The translations under genes and the position numbers were made by a program. From Penicillus capitatus (Eukaryota > Plantae > Chlorophyta), in the NCBI GenBank assembly GCA_965649825.1, contig OZ287704.1, forward strand, positions 298,101 to 362,100: a stretch of DNA of 64,000 nt, written 5' to 3'. Below, piece after piece: positions 1 through 13,018 of this stretch. Each line of letters opens with the position of its first letter. Position 1 is the first letter of the stretch. Under the pieces are notes generated by a model. It made no database searches, had not been told where the DNA came from, and was given only the letters and a program-made list of their open reading frames with translations.

Positions 1-481
1 CGACCACGCGGACCAGTTCGTCTTCATCATAGCCCTCAAATTCGACTCTAGAGGCAGAATGCTGAAAAGGGATCTTCGTGAAATCGGGCGATGGTACTGG
101 GAGAGCTCTTCTTGTACTTTCTGTGCCTCGACAGATGCGCGAGCTTTGGCATCTTGTGCCGTTTTCAGCAGTTCCGAGAAATTAGAGAATGGATTCTACA
201 GAACACGGCATGAGATGACATCCCTTCAGATGCCACCTCGACGTTGTCGCACTTTATCCGCATCGCCATTCGTTTCTTTAGAATTCCCTTCTCCAAAAAT
301 GCTATGCGTTCGACGGGGCAAGCGCGTTGCACCTCTGCCGCCGAGATCTCTATCAAGAAGTACGTTTGTGCGGGTGGTTGGTCGAGTGTGAGACGGACCG
401 TCGTTTCAGACGCGTCACACACCGAATCTGAGCATGGCGGATGTGTCCGCAGCGTCCCAGAGCGACGCGTGAGCGGACCAT
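1..481 (-). CDS. ybaB: Plastid YbaB/EbfC family nucleoid-associated protein (STIC2-like), 5' part; runs off window start
   Basis: Manual splicing from ATG 481 gives a basic transit-peptide-like N-terminus (MVRSRVALGRCGHIRHAQIRCV...), then SIFGEGNSKE...NPFSNFSELLKTAQDAKARASVEAQKVQEELSQVEFEGYDEDELVRVV. This matches the plant/algal YbaB pattern (V-E-A-x-x-V-Q-K/E-E-L...EFxGYxxxELxxV). Confidence 0.8.
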
Positions 482-545
482 CGTCGAAGAAGCGCCCAAC
501 CAAATCGAAGCCGTTTCGTCAAACGATCATCCCATTTTCGACAAA

Positions 546-3500
546 ATGGATGCGAAACCCGATGCCTTCGCTCCCGCCTTGCAATTCGAAGTCGGCCTTC
601 CCTTCACAGTCACACTATGTGACATAGTATGTGTCGCCAGAGTGCCTACTATGCAAGGAAACTCTTTCCTCTGGTGGAACGACTCGGCTCGGAGTTCGAA
701 GACGAGTGGCGCCTGCAGGTCAAGGACGTGGGTCTGTTCTTCAAACAACTGACCGGATTTCTCGAAACGGCCTTTGGCAGAAACGTATGTCCTTGCTGGC
801 GAGACCCCGATGGAGGTGTGTTCGTTCGTTCGGTTCGTTTAGTCGACGGAGAGACGCTTTCCAAAACTCCCGGCGCACTTGCTCCGAGACACCTCCATCC
901 ACGGAAGCGTGCTTTTCATACTAAAGACCTACCATACCTATCTCAAAGACAAAGGCATCGGTCCAATTGATTTTGAAAATACAGCTTGTCGTGAACAGGT
1001 ACACTGCATCTCCTTGAATCGCTGTCAATGGCGGCGGCGATTGTGCTTGAACAGAATCTGCAATTTCTGTCACATCTACGACGGACTTTGCTTGAGTGTG
1101 GATGGATGAAAATCCCTGTGGTCTATGTGGATCCCACGACGGGACAGAGCAGAGAGGAACTCGAAGCGATCGTGCATTCTTTGGGAGGACGCGTCAGTTC
1201 TTCGCCCAACGATCCGTCTATCACACACATGGTCTATCCCTTTGGACCGGAGGGCGACCCGGACGATGGCGTACAGTACCTCAGATCTCTCGAAACGAGG
1301 TTGGCAGAGAGATGGCGCAATAAAAGTGTGATAAGTGTGATGTAGACCGGGAGAATTCTTTGTGCATTACTGGTATTATCCGGACAGCTACGACAACTGG
1401 ATGCCAGCGGATGTGGCACCAGAGAACTTGGAACCGGATCGAAAACCGATTGGTCCCTGGAAAATCTACACACGGTTCATGCAGCCGCCCATTCACTGAA
1501 ACTTGCACCATGAACGGAGGCGTGTCTCTCGTGTGCGAAGGTGGTTGACAGACTCACAGAAGTTCAACGAGTGGATGAATCCAATCGATTACGAGACAGA
1601 AGAGTTTCAGGATGAACAGGAGGTGCTGCAGGAGCAACAAGACCAAGGAGAAGACACCAAAAGTATGGGATCTGTTGCTCCCGTGGCTCGGCTGATCTAT
1701 CGCTGTCAGCAATTGATGAGGAAGAGGAAGAAGAGGAGGAGGAGTCCAATGGTCTCAATTCGGATGAAGACGTCGATTCTGTGATGACGGATGACAAGAC
1801 GCAGCACAAACGAAAGAGAGATGCCCTCAATGAATTCCTCATATCGACCACTCCGCCGGCAGCCGAGACGAATGCCGTTGACAGTGTTCGTCGATTGAGA
1901 AGCGACAGTCATCGTCCGGAAGTGGATGAGACCGCCGCTGTCAAAGTGGCACCGAACGTGACCAAACACAAACCTCTGGACGTCTCCAAAGACGCCTTCA
2001 GTGGCGCTGTGGAAAACATTTCACACTGTGTCGAGTGTCCGAAGATGGAGGTCGATTGTGAGACGGAGTTGGACGATGATGTCGAGTACCATAAGCAACT
2101 CTATACGGTTCCTGCTCATGCAGCGTGGTTCGATTGGGATTCTGTGCATCCCATTGAACAGGAAGGGGTGCCACTTCGCCGAGGAGACGAGGATGGTGTT
2201 GATCCAGATTTCTATCAGAAGTGTCGGAATACGATGATCGATAAGTTTCGTGAGAAGTCCCATCGCCGATTGTCGTTTTCCGACATTCGCCGGAAGCTCT
2301 CGGGAAATGTGGACGAGATGAAGCGCATTTATGATTTTCTGATGAAGTGGGGATTGATCAACTACTTTCCAGCTTCCAGTTCCCATGTGGCAAAGAAAGC
2401 CAAAGGAGCTGTGGATGATGGGATCTCTGTCTCTGTCCCATCATCGGCGCCGCCCCTCATTCATTTCTCAAACTCTGTGACGCTTCCGGAGATGGATGCC
2501 GCCGTCACTCATGGCAACGAGCTCGCTTTCAGTCTGCTAAACAAACCGAATAAGTATGGCAAGACCGTAACGGATGCCAACTCGCAGCCAGGGGCCATTC
2601 GATGCAGCGCCATGCCATGGATCGAATGCACCGATACGTACTACCATTGCATCACCCAAGCAGATATCGATCTCTGTCAGCAAGCGTACTCTGAGGGACG
2701 CTTTCCGCCCGGAACCTCGGCAAAGGACTACATCAAGGTCAATGCGCTGGCTTCGGCGAAAACGGATGCCAATGGATGGACGGATCAGGAGACGCTGCTT
2801 CTCCTGGAAGCGATCGAGATGTACAAAGATGACTGGGCAGAGATTGCCGAACATGTGGCAACAAAGTCGCAGTTGCAATGCGCGATGCATTGGCTGACGA
2901 TGTCGATCGAAGACGATTTCGTGGACGATGTTCTCCGTCCGACGGAACAGGGAGCCTTTCAGGCGAGCGACGAAGACTTTATGAAACGGCTCCCCTTTGC
3001 AGATGCACGCAACCCAGTCATGGCACAAGTGCGTCACTCAAATCGTCATGTTGTCGTATTGACTGAGTATTGGACGATGATAGATTGCCTTTCTAGCAGC
3101 GATGGTGAGTCCAGAAGTGGCAGGTGCCGCTGCGCAGGAAGCATTGAGTTATCTGTCGCAACAGGATGGTGAAATGATGGATGGTCAGACGCAGCCACTG
3201 TCCTCTTCCACCCTTCCACAGAGCACAGGTTCGCAAAACTGAAGTCCCGAATGACACATCCTTGATGGTATGACAGCAGGAATGAGCATAGACACGATGC
3301 GACGTGCTGCCGTGGAGGGACTCAAATCGGCCACGATCAAAGCAAAGCTCCTGGCAGAACAGGAGGAACGCGAAATTCAGCGGCTGATGAATACTGTTCT
3401 CCATTCTCAAATCAAGAAAATTGAAATCAAGTTGAACTACTGTGCCGAACAAGACAAGGTCCGCCGCCTTGCGCCGCCACATCTTGTCGCAGTTCATTTT

Positions 3501-3673
3501 TCTAGGCTCTGGATGATGAGAGGAGCCGTCTTCAGTGTGTCCGGCAACGTGTGCAGCCAGACAGGCTGCAATTTAGACCTGCTTCAAATTCGCAGGCCGA
3601 TACGTCAGCGGAGGACACAGACATCAGGTCTCCAACAGATAATGGTGTATCCGAACAGCAGGGACATACGTAA
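546..3673 (+). CDS. SWI3: SWI/SNF complex subunit SWI3/SMARCC (N-terminal MarR-BRCT-chromo module, SWIRM, ZZ-like, SANT, C-terminal coiled coil); multi-exon
   Basis: Exons encode FFKQLTGFLETAFGRN, VHYWYYPDSYDNW and WLTDSQKFNEWMNPIDYE (SMARCC N-terminal module). They also encode VPAHAAWFDWDSVHPIE...FYQKCRNTMIDKFRE (SWIRM), WTDQETLLLLEAIEMYKDDWAEIAEHVATKS (SANT) and KAKLLAEQEEREIQRL. TAA at 3671-3673. Confidence 0.93.
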
Positions 3674-3782
3674 CCGTAACCATGAGTGACCGACCGATTG
3701 TTGCAAACACATGTCATGTCCCGGACAGAATTGATTCGTAAATGTCTTTTTGGATAAGACAGACAAACAGACAGACCATCGC

Positions 3783-6700
3783 TCAGCGGCGTCGGTAACG
3801 TCGTCCTCCATACGTAAAGGAAGCCTGTCCACCGTGATGTCCTCGTCCTCCTTTCGAATACCGATGGTGACCACTGCTGTGCCAGAACTCATCCTCTTCG
3901 TCCTGCTCATGCGAAGCCAACACGCGCTCTTTGATCAACGATCGATCGGCGGCTTCTTGATTATCGTGGTCTCTCTGTCGCACGGCCATCGTCACAGACA
4001 ACGGTACCTCCAGGCGACGAGAGGTATCGTCTTTGCCGCCTTTCTTGAGCAAGACTTTGAACGGCATCTTCTCCGTCGGCATTTCTCTTTTGACATTGGC
4101 ATCGTCGATCGGTTTGATCTGATCGGGTGTCAATCTCTGATGCTCCTGTAAGAGAGCCTGTAGACCCTGTTCGAATTCGAGATCGATCTCGGGTGCGGCA
4201 TGCTTTCGCCCGTGTTCCACCACATCGTCGTCATCCAACCCCACGCCTTCGATCGACTCATCTGTCTCGGCTATTTCTTCCTGCGATTCTTCCTCGTCGC
4301 CTTCCGATCCACTCTTGCCAGCATCTGCCAGAATTCATATGTTCTGAAATGGCGTGACGTTTATAGATGGCGACATGCACCCACCTTCTTGGCTGTTGAG
4401 TTCAGCTTCGATTGCCTCGACGGCTGCGTTTGCATCTTCGAATGAAGTGAATCTGCATGTTATGTCGTCAGTCCCTCTCAGCCACATCTTTGCTTCATGT
4501 ATTGACGTACCGTTCCAAATCTGGCCTGAGATGCTCAAAGACGTCAGAAATCTCGAATTCGATGTCCATCGACAACGGAGGCTTGCTCAAGATATACCTC
4601 TGAAAATACACAAGAAAGCGATCCATCTTCTTCTTTCCGGTTCCCTTGCCAAAATAACGACCGCACGTTTTCAGAACAGTACACACCTGTCAGCACATTC
4701 TCCATCCATATCACACAAGTGCTTGAACTCGACGGCGAACCATTTTGATTCGAAAAGCGTCTCCAGGTGGATCCATCTTGGCCATCTCTTCGGGCGTCGC
4801 TCTGCCAAAGCTCAGCATCCAGTACAGCGTCTCAAATATTGTCTTGGAATCGATGAGTCTGTAGTTGTAGAGCTCTCCAAAGAAATGCACGTGAGCCACT
4901 CGATGCTGATAGAGTCCCAAAGAAGGAAGTTCCATTCCCAGTTGAATCTCCTCAAGTACAGCATCCACCACACTCACCGCCAAACTGTCATTGTACTTTG
5001 CCAGTCCCGAACACAGTGATGCCACCAGCGGAACTCGAGCATAGAGCTTGACATTAGCCTTTAGCATACAGTGCACCACAAAATTCTCATGCTCTTCCCA
5101 AGAAAGCTTTCTGAGTTTTTTCAAGACTTCACGGATGGTGCTCTCCGATAGGAAGGTGAAGATGAGATGACGGATGTACTCACGAATGGGTGGCCGTCTC
5201 TTACGCCGGACGCCACTCTTGGGCGGCTTACACTGAAAGTAAGCATTGTCAATCAATGCTCTGTGTCTGGAATCCAGATTCTTAGCGTTCTTAAGACGGT
5301 TCATCTGTTCCAGCCTGCTCTCCATGCGTCCCTGCGTCTCAGGCAGACGCACAAAATAACTGCCGGCTGTCTCGATCAAGGCGCACGCTGCGTCAATGTT
5401 CATATGTGTGAAGTCATCCAGAAGCTGCTTCAAACATGTGAACACGGTCCCATAGTTGATTAACTTGAACTTGCACAGCTCTCCCATATAACGCACGTTG
5501 CTGATCCGAGGCTCCAGTGAGTACGTGCCTGGATCCTTCTTCGCCAAGAGGGCATTGAATTCCTGTTCGAGATGGGCCGCGATGCCAGCTGCCATATCCG
5601 GAAAGACTTGACTCAGATTGGCAGTAATCCGAGCATAGAACGGAATCAACGGCAGACATCCTTTGGGAACGTCACAGAGTGCTCGATTTAGTCGTTTCTT
5701 GGTGGATTTCGAATTGATGTAGCAGAACTCGATGGAAATCTCATCCGTCATATCCCGTGTATAACAATTGCGCAGTTTCTGCAGCAATGCATCCATCTTC
5801 TTGTGTGATGTGACGGATCTCTGTTTGGCATGCATTTCTTCGCTCTCTTTTGGCGTCTGATCTCCATCTGTCGCCTCGGATGTCGTTGCTGTCGTCTCGT
5901 CTTTCTCTTCGATTCGGCCCAAGAGCAATGGAGGCACAATCGAGCGCAGATCGGGCAGAACTTCGTAGAACTCCCGAGTCTCAGCATCGTCGTAAAGCGG
6001 ATGTGTCTGTGCATCCTCAGAGACATCCACCACCTAGACAATACCCGAAGCGCTATCTGTTTCAACATATCGTCCGATGAATGGAGGGGTCACTGACCTG
6101 GACGCCGCCACCTGCAATACGTGCCATCTTGTCTTCCGGAAGGGATGGCATTGTCTTGTCCAAAGATTCTGCATAGTTCACGATCGTGCTGTACAGATGA
6201 TCGAATGCCTGCGTCCAGTCTGACGTCAGATCGCAATAAAGGAAAAGAATAAGGGAGGGTGACTTTTCGCTTGATCTCGTATTCGGCTGCAAGATTTTCT
6301 GGCAGTTCTCCCTTTGCATTGAGCACACGTGTGTTTTCATTCTCTGTGTCCCGTAGCTTCTTGTGTTCGGCAAGCACAGCCTCGAACCAACGATCCAGAG
6401 CAGATGTCATCAGTTGACGCAACTCCAATGCGTCGTTCTCCGATATACGAAATCTGCGATTGCATCCGACTCGGTTTTGCTTTTGTGAGCAGAAGGCACC
6501 GTACCGTTGATGGGTTTCTTTAACGAGCTTCTCATGTGCATCTTGTGCAGATCTCCATGCATTCCGAACCTCCTCTGATGTATCCTAGATGTGACGGATG
6601 TGACAGCGTGTCGTCAATTGCTCGATCGAGATCACTGTCGGCGGTTCTTGAAATTTCAGAATACTGAGAGACAACTGCTGAGGAAGATGGAGCATCTGAG

Positions 6701-7651
6701 TCCGACCGATCTTTGCCAAGGTCGTTAGCAATATGACATTCTGTAGATGCATCTCTGGATCTTTCTCATACTCCACACCCGTCTACAATTCCATCGCTCG
6801 ATAGGGAGTTGCACACACGCACAGCCGTACGAGATCTTTCGCAATACGGAGGAGCACATGCAGTCCATCGAAGATGCCAGCCAAATACAGTTCGATCAAC
6901 AAACGCAGACATGACCGCCGCCGGGCAATCATTATCTTCACTTCCTCTGAAATGTCAGTCACACGTATCAGTAGGGGAGTGCGTCTCTATAAGATCCAGG
7001 ATCTGACCTCCTGGTGTTTTGGATAGATAACTTTTAATCAACGCCTCCTTAACACCCTGTGCGAAATCTGTATACCTCTGGTGTAGCAAACTGCAGATCT
7101 GGGTAGCAGAAGTCACGTGTGAACAGTCAGTAGTCCATCGCGATGTGACAGCGTCACCTCAATAGCAGCCGGCATATCTTTCCCTCGTATGACAGATTCT
7201 GCAATTGCCGTTACCACTTCGCTCACATACTATACCCCCATCTCCTTCGCACGGACTGGATCCAAGAAGAGTGAGATCACACTTTCGTTTGGTTGACACG
7301 CTGCACATCTGCACAGAGAGACTCCTTGTCTTTGAGCGTTATGCTCTTAAGTTTTCGAATCAGTCCATTATTCTTCTTGAAACTGGAATCACACAGCATC
7401 AATTCTTCCTCCGTCGGCTGTTGGGCATTCAAATTGGCCTCTCTTCTGTTCCTTTCCGTTTCGTACTGCTCCCGGACCTTCTCAACCTGCTCTGCATACT
7501 CCTATACACCGACGTCTTTTCAATGCGCTGCCCTGTTCCGCCACTTCACCTTCCATTCGGGCACAGACGTCTCCCAGTCATGTTCACCATGTTCCTCGGC
7601 TGGTGCATCGACAGACATAGCCGCGACGATGATGCCGTCAATGGACGTCAT
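3783..7651 (-). CDS. UPF2: Nonsense-mediated decay factor UPF2 (MIF4G domains, acidic region, C-terminal Upf2 domain); multi-exon
   Basis: N-terminal exon CDSSFKKNNGLIRKLKSI; MIF4G motifs RYMGELCKFKL, HFFGELYNYRLIDS and YFQRYILSK; C-terminal MPFKVLLKKGGK. Start is ATG 7651 or 7618. Confidence 0.93.
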
Positions 7652-7724
7652 CTTGCCGATTCTCTTCTTTTTGGTGTTGTACACTACGGGGTGTCGCTCG
7701 CGACGAGTGGCGTCGTTGTGCGAT

Positions 7725-9113
7725 ATGAAACCGTATCTTGATCGTGACGATCAGATAAGAGACACCGCGGGGCTCAGCTGGAACGAAGTACGTCTCGATC
7801 TCTGGCGTTGGCGTTGACGGTATGTACGTGCAGTGCCGCCGGAAAACGCGAGAGCGACGGAAGAATCGCCTGATATCGCTCTTGAAACCAGGACTGCGTC
7901 ATCGTCACTCCAAACGACGACCATCTCCGCTGTTTACATTCTGCCACGGAGCCACGTTTGTCGTCGTCGGTTTCGCAGCTGCGTCTCGATCTCGTGGATT
8001 TCTGTCAGATGCGATGTCGTGCGAAATCTGCTCGGACGCTGTCGACCGTCTCGGCGTTCGCGCCTGAAACTGCGTGACGGTCTCCGACGTCACATACCGC
8101 ACTGTTTTGTACAGATGGACCCTCTGCCGCCGCTGCCGGTTCGGCAAGATTCGACGATGAGACATTTGACGCCTGAGGAAGGGATTCCAGAAGAATTGAG
8201 TTTGGCACAAAACGAAAGAGCGTCCTCCGCTGCATGCTCGTTTACACATATCGAAGGCGTGTTAGAACGGTTAACAATTGCCAAGTCATCAAGGCAGGAG
8301 ACACCACGAATCAGTGTGATCAGTGATATCGAAGGGATTCCGGAAAGGCAATGGATCTTCTCTGTGAGGGTGGCCAATAATCCAAGGATCCCGACAGAAA
8401 TGGATCAGCCTCTGTCGAAACGCGATGAGGGACGAGACTCGACCAATACAGCACAGGAGGTATCGAGAGGAACGGTGCACGAGCCACTCCATCCACCCAT
8501 CATCTGCGACATCGACCCGCAAGATGACGAAACAACGCAGCAGAGTGAGATGCCGATGCCTGTACCGGAGGAGGCGATTGTTCATGATGTGGAAATGGAG
8601 ACAGCGGTCACGATGGAATCGATTCCGCCAATGGAAGCCGTGTCTAACACATCGCACCATCAAGGAACTGCTAACGCATCCGAGATCTCTAGTTCCTCAG
8701 TGTTGGACCGTCAGACGCTGCCCAGAGAGGAGAGTTTTGCGCCGATGGGGTCGGATGGTTTCACTCCTCCTGCAGCTCCTGCTGAACCATTCATCGTGGA
8801 AGGCCATATAGACGAGGAGAAACGCAGCAGTCTGTTGGGTAAGAGCATGCAGATCTATCTGCCTAGAGTGTATTCTGCCTTGGTGTCTTGGTTACCAGGG
8901 AGTGATATGGGTATGCAGTGGGTGAATGGTTGCCGTCGCAGTCAGCGTAATCGATGCAAGCCTCTGCGTTGGTGGGATGGCGAGCACAAAGTCTATGGCA
9001 GGGAACACCATACTATGGCAACAGTAACGGGTTACGTGACGAAGAGTCCCAAGCCAGAATGGCCAAGACCTTCTCCTCGAACAACGACAACTCGAACAAA
9101 ACGATCGAGATAA
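7725..9113 (+). CDS. CENPC: Centromere protein CENP-C (low-complexity body plus C-terminal CENP-C motif); 5' exon structure uncertain
   Basis: C-terminal RRSQRNRCKPLRWWDGEHKVYGREHHTMATVTGY fits the CENP-C motif (RRSxRxRxxPLxxWxGE) with the plant-type YGRxHxxxxTVxG extension. The remainder is S/T/P/E-rich. Confidence 0.75.
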
Positions 9114-9232
9114 CGATGGGCTACGGCGCTGTTCGAAACACTTAGATGCTGATGACAAAGGCACGAACGATCCATGCCTGCCTGTTAACCAATCACCCAT
9201 GGGGTCGAAAAACAGAGAGAGTGTCGGGGGCG

Positions 9233-12200
9233 TTATTTTGCATCGTACCATGTGACATCGGCCTTGCAGTCGACAGCCAGATCCACACGTAAGGGATTGC
9301 AGTAGCCGCCATCTGGTGTTGGAAACGGTCTCTCCATGCACTGCACGACCAATGACATAGCTTCATCTTTGAAAGCTGCGGGTCCTTCTAGGATGACTTC
9401 GTCGTGGATTTGAGAAAGAAGTCTGAAGCCCAACTGTTTTAACGGTTTATTGCTGTCGATTGCCAGCATGGCAGCTGTCACGATATCGGCTGCACTGCCC
9501 TGGATGGGCGTATTGATGGATGCCCGTTCGGCATGAGCGCGCAATCCTCCCGATGATCGGATCTCCGGAAGGTTACGTCTTCTGCCCAGCAATGTTGTCA
9601 CATAACCTGTCTGTCTGGCGTTCCGAATCGTGTTCTCTTGCCACTCTCGGACCTCTTGACGATCTGAGTACCACCTGAGGAGTGTCCATTGCATGTCATC
9701 TTTCTGTATGGCTGAAACCGATGCTCACCGTTGTAGTGTGTCTTCGGCCTCCTGGAGGCTGACCTCCCAATCCTTGGCAAGGCCATGAGGCGTCTTGCCG
9801 TAAGCGATAGAAAAATTGAGAACTTTGGCTCGGCGACGTTCGGAAGCGAAGACATCCTTCACAAGCTTCACGTCTTCACTGTCGCCGTTACCTCTCTCCA
9901 AAGCGACCTTGCCTAACAGCAGTGACTGGGATGGCCTCTGTCCAAATGGATGGTTCATGCATACATACCCTCTCTGATAGCCTCCTTGATGTGATCGTAC
10001 ATTCCGGCGGCGGTTCTGGAATGAAAGTCGCCGCCACTTTTGAAGGCTCCCAACATACTTCGGCAGTTTGTCAGATGGGCCAAAATGCGCAACTCCAGTT
10101 GCCCGTAGTCCGCCACAATCAACACATTCCCTTCTGTCGCTGTAAAAGACTGCCTCACCTGAATCCATACCACACGACACTTTGTGCAAAATCGAGAGAG
10201 CCTACCTGCCTTGTATCGATCTTTCTCCAGAGCTGGTTGGTTCTGCAGATTTGGCCGTCGGCAGCTCAACCGTCCTGTCTCAGTATTGAGATTCATGCTT
10301 CCGTGAATCCTGCCATCCGGTGTCTTAATTCTGTCATCTTGCAGCGGAAGAATAAACGATGCCAGAAGCGTCTTGATCGCACTGATCTCTAAGAGAGCTT
10401 CGACAGCGACGCATGCCTCCAGTCCTTCGCGATGATCATCAAAGGCAGCGTAGAGTGGACCCAAGCCATGTTCAGCCATCGTCTGGTTCATGATGGCGTT
10501 CTCTTCTTCGATATCTGAAACGATCGACATATCTTCATCCGGAATGCCAGAAGCGTCGGCACTGAGCAGATCGGACAGTTCATTATCGATACGGACATTG
10601 TATGTTTCTTCTAGAAGCTTCTGAGCAGCGCCAGGCTTCCCAACTAAAGCCTTTAGGGCAAGGGCGCTGACAGCTGGCCATCCAGCAGCGGTGAAGACTT
10701 TGGGGGTCAGAGGACATGGCTTTCCTTTGTCCCACAGTCCATGCAGCTCCACTGTCATCAGCTTCTTCGGTTTCTTTCCAGATTTTCCTTCTTGTATGAA
10801 CTTCGTATACTCTGGACTGTCCACCTGAACCACATCGTTGACCCTTGACTTCTTTTTAACGGATTCTGGACAGGTGTACCTTCAATTCTCGCACGAACTC
10901 GACGTAATCCATCTCGGAGTTGTTCTTGTCTCCCTCTCCGGATGCCTGCTTAGATTTCTTTTGTACCTTTCTTCGGCGAGTTCCGGCAAAGAGCAGTGTT
11001 CGAACTTGCGCATCGCTGCTTGGATTCATGTAAACGGCTCCTTCGACACGAGATCTTGCCCACGAACGAAAGCGTCCCATCGCCTTCTCCTGATCGATTT
11101 CTGCACGTGCTTGTGCCTCTTTCAGGTGCTCCGTATTTACATAGAAGCCAACATCCTCCATCTCTGTAAGGAGTTCACCAAAAGGTCGCCAGACAAGACA
11201 ATAGAAATCCCACAATGTCTTCATTTGCGGATAACAGACGCTGATGGAGGGGTCCATCACGCAACGGAACTTTGTCCGATCTTCGAGTTCGCTCTTGAGT
11301 TTGTGATAGAGATCGTACGTCGCTTTGGCATCTCTGGCAGAGTAGTAGATCCATCTCGGACGCAAGTGTTCATCCAGCTGAATCGTCTCGACGGGCGGCA
11401 CAATAACCGTAAGACCAAGGGTGCCATCTCGCTTTTCCTTGCGTTTCCCAAAAATCTTCTTCATCGAAATCTTCTTGCTCTCTGAACTCTCGAGTTTCAA
11501 CTAGACGCATGTGTCATGCAGCAGAGAGATAGTTTGGGATTCTGCACTTCTTTGGCCGTGGACAATGCTTCGAGTGAATATCCCTTTCCTTTACGAGAAG
11601 TATCCCACAGGCGTGCCATGTGCATCGTATCTCCTCCAAATCCTCGACAATGAATATGCATGTTTGTCATGACGTGGCGATCAAAACCATAATTATGCCA
11701 CACTTTCAGAAAACTACTGTCTTCGAAGAAATCCTTAAAGATTGCAAAAATCGCCTCGGTATATTCGGCGTCATCACCGTCTGATGACATGACAGCCCTG
11801 ATTTAAGATTTGTGTGACATTGGACATACCTTTGCCCATCGTGTCCACCCACAGATGCGTTTGCGGTGCCTCCGAGGACTCTTTTCCAAAATGGACATTT
11901 CCACAGTAGACAGAAAAGCACGTGACCGTTCCGTGTCCTCTCGGACTCTCTTTCAGCACATCGATGTTCTTAACCTCCGTATCACAGGCGAAGATTCGCT
12001 GCGGATTCTCTCTTAATGCCCGTCGCAATGTCGCCATGGCATGACGTGCCTATAACCAACCAACCGTCGCCTATCTCATCCATGTTTCACCGAACACGGC
12101 AGAACACCTGCTCCAGATTCTCCACAGCAAAGATTCTCTTTGCATTTTCCGACACCAAACGCTCGATCTCTTGTTCTGTACTCTGTTCTTCCTCAAGCTG

Positions 12201-12775
12201 CAACACTTCATCACGTCAAAAGAAGCTAGGAAGAAGTCAGACAGCGCTCACTCTTTTGTCTTCGGCGTCTTCTTTTTTCTCCTCCGCATCATCTGCGATC
12301 TCTGAAGAGACTGTACGATTCATTTGTGTCACGGTGTTGCCTTGACTGGTGATCCCATTTGAGATCGACGAAGGATGGCAGATGCTTGGCGGATTAAAGG
12401 AACCGCTCTTGTTGATAAAAGCTCCCCGTACACGATTCGTCATCGCCATGTCGTGCGACCGATGACGCAGTCTCTCCTCTTCTTCCCGTGTCGTTTCTTC
12501 CTTTGTCTGTAATCCATTGATTTCCGTCGATTTCTCACCTGTCCATCGGATTCACGCCTTAACGATCAATCACATCATAGGCACATGCTTTTTATCGCTT
12601 CTGTTTGGGCCTGGGTACCGGATACACGGAAACTATTGCGCAAACGATCGACGATGTGGCGAGACGGACGATCGATCGCCGACAGAACGCGTTTTGGCAC
12701 GAGACCGATGCCGTTTCCACTGCGGCGTTCTGCACGTCTCGCCTCGCTCTGTACTGTTGGCAGAGAGGCCCTCAA
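9233..12775 (-). CDS. POP: Plant/protist organellar DNA polymerase (POP, family A; 3'-5' exonuclease plus polymerase); start uncertain
   Basis: FACDTEV, VWHNYGFDRHV and WIYYSARDAKAT (exonuclease I-III); TETGRLSCRRPNLQNQP, LIVADYGQLELRILAH, ERRRAKVLNFSIAYG, INTPIQGSAADIV and LSQIHDEVILE (Pol A motifs), with POP-specific inserts. Confidence 0.92.
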
Positions 12776-13018
12776 TGATGTCCTCAGCAGTGACCTTCAC
12801 CGGCAGACTACCACTAGGCCGTCAGGATGGATCCATACCGGACGCTGCTCATTCCGACACTCGACTCGAGAGGCACGACATCCGGAGGGAGCGACATGAA
12901 CATTCCTGTTCCCAATCGACGCACGTCTGTCTGGATCGAACGCGCCAGAGCGAGAGAAGAACGCGATGTCACGTCGAAGCCAAGCGTCTTGTCACAGTCG
13001 AAATCTTGACGGCCGTCG

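Noticed and set aside
7205-7817. Plus-strand ORFs of 174-178 aa
   Set aside because: Largely antisense to the first UPF2 exons; no recognisable domain.
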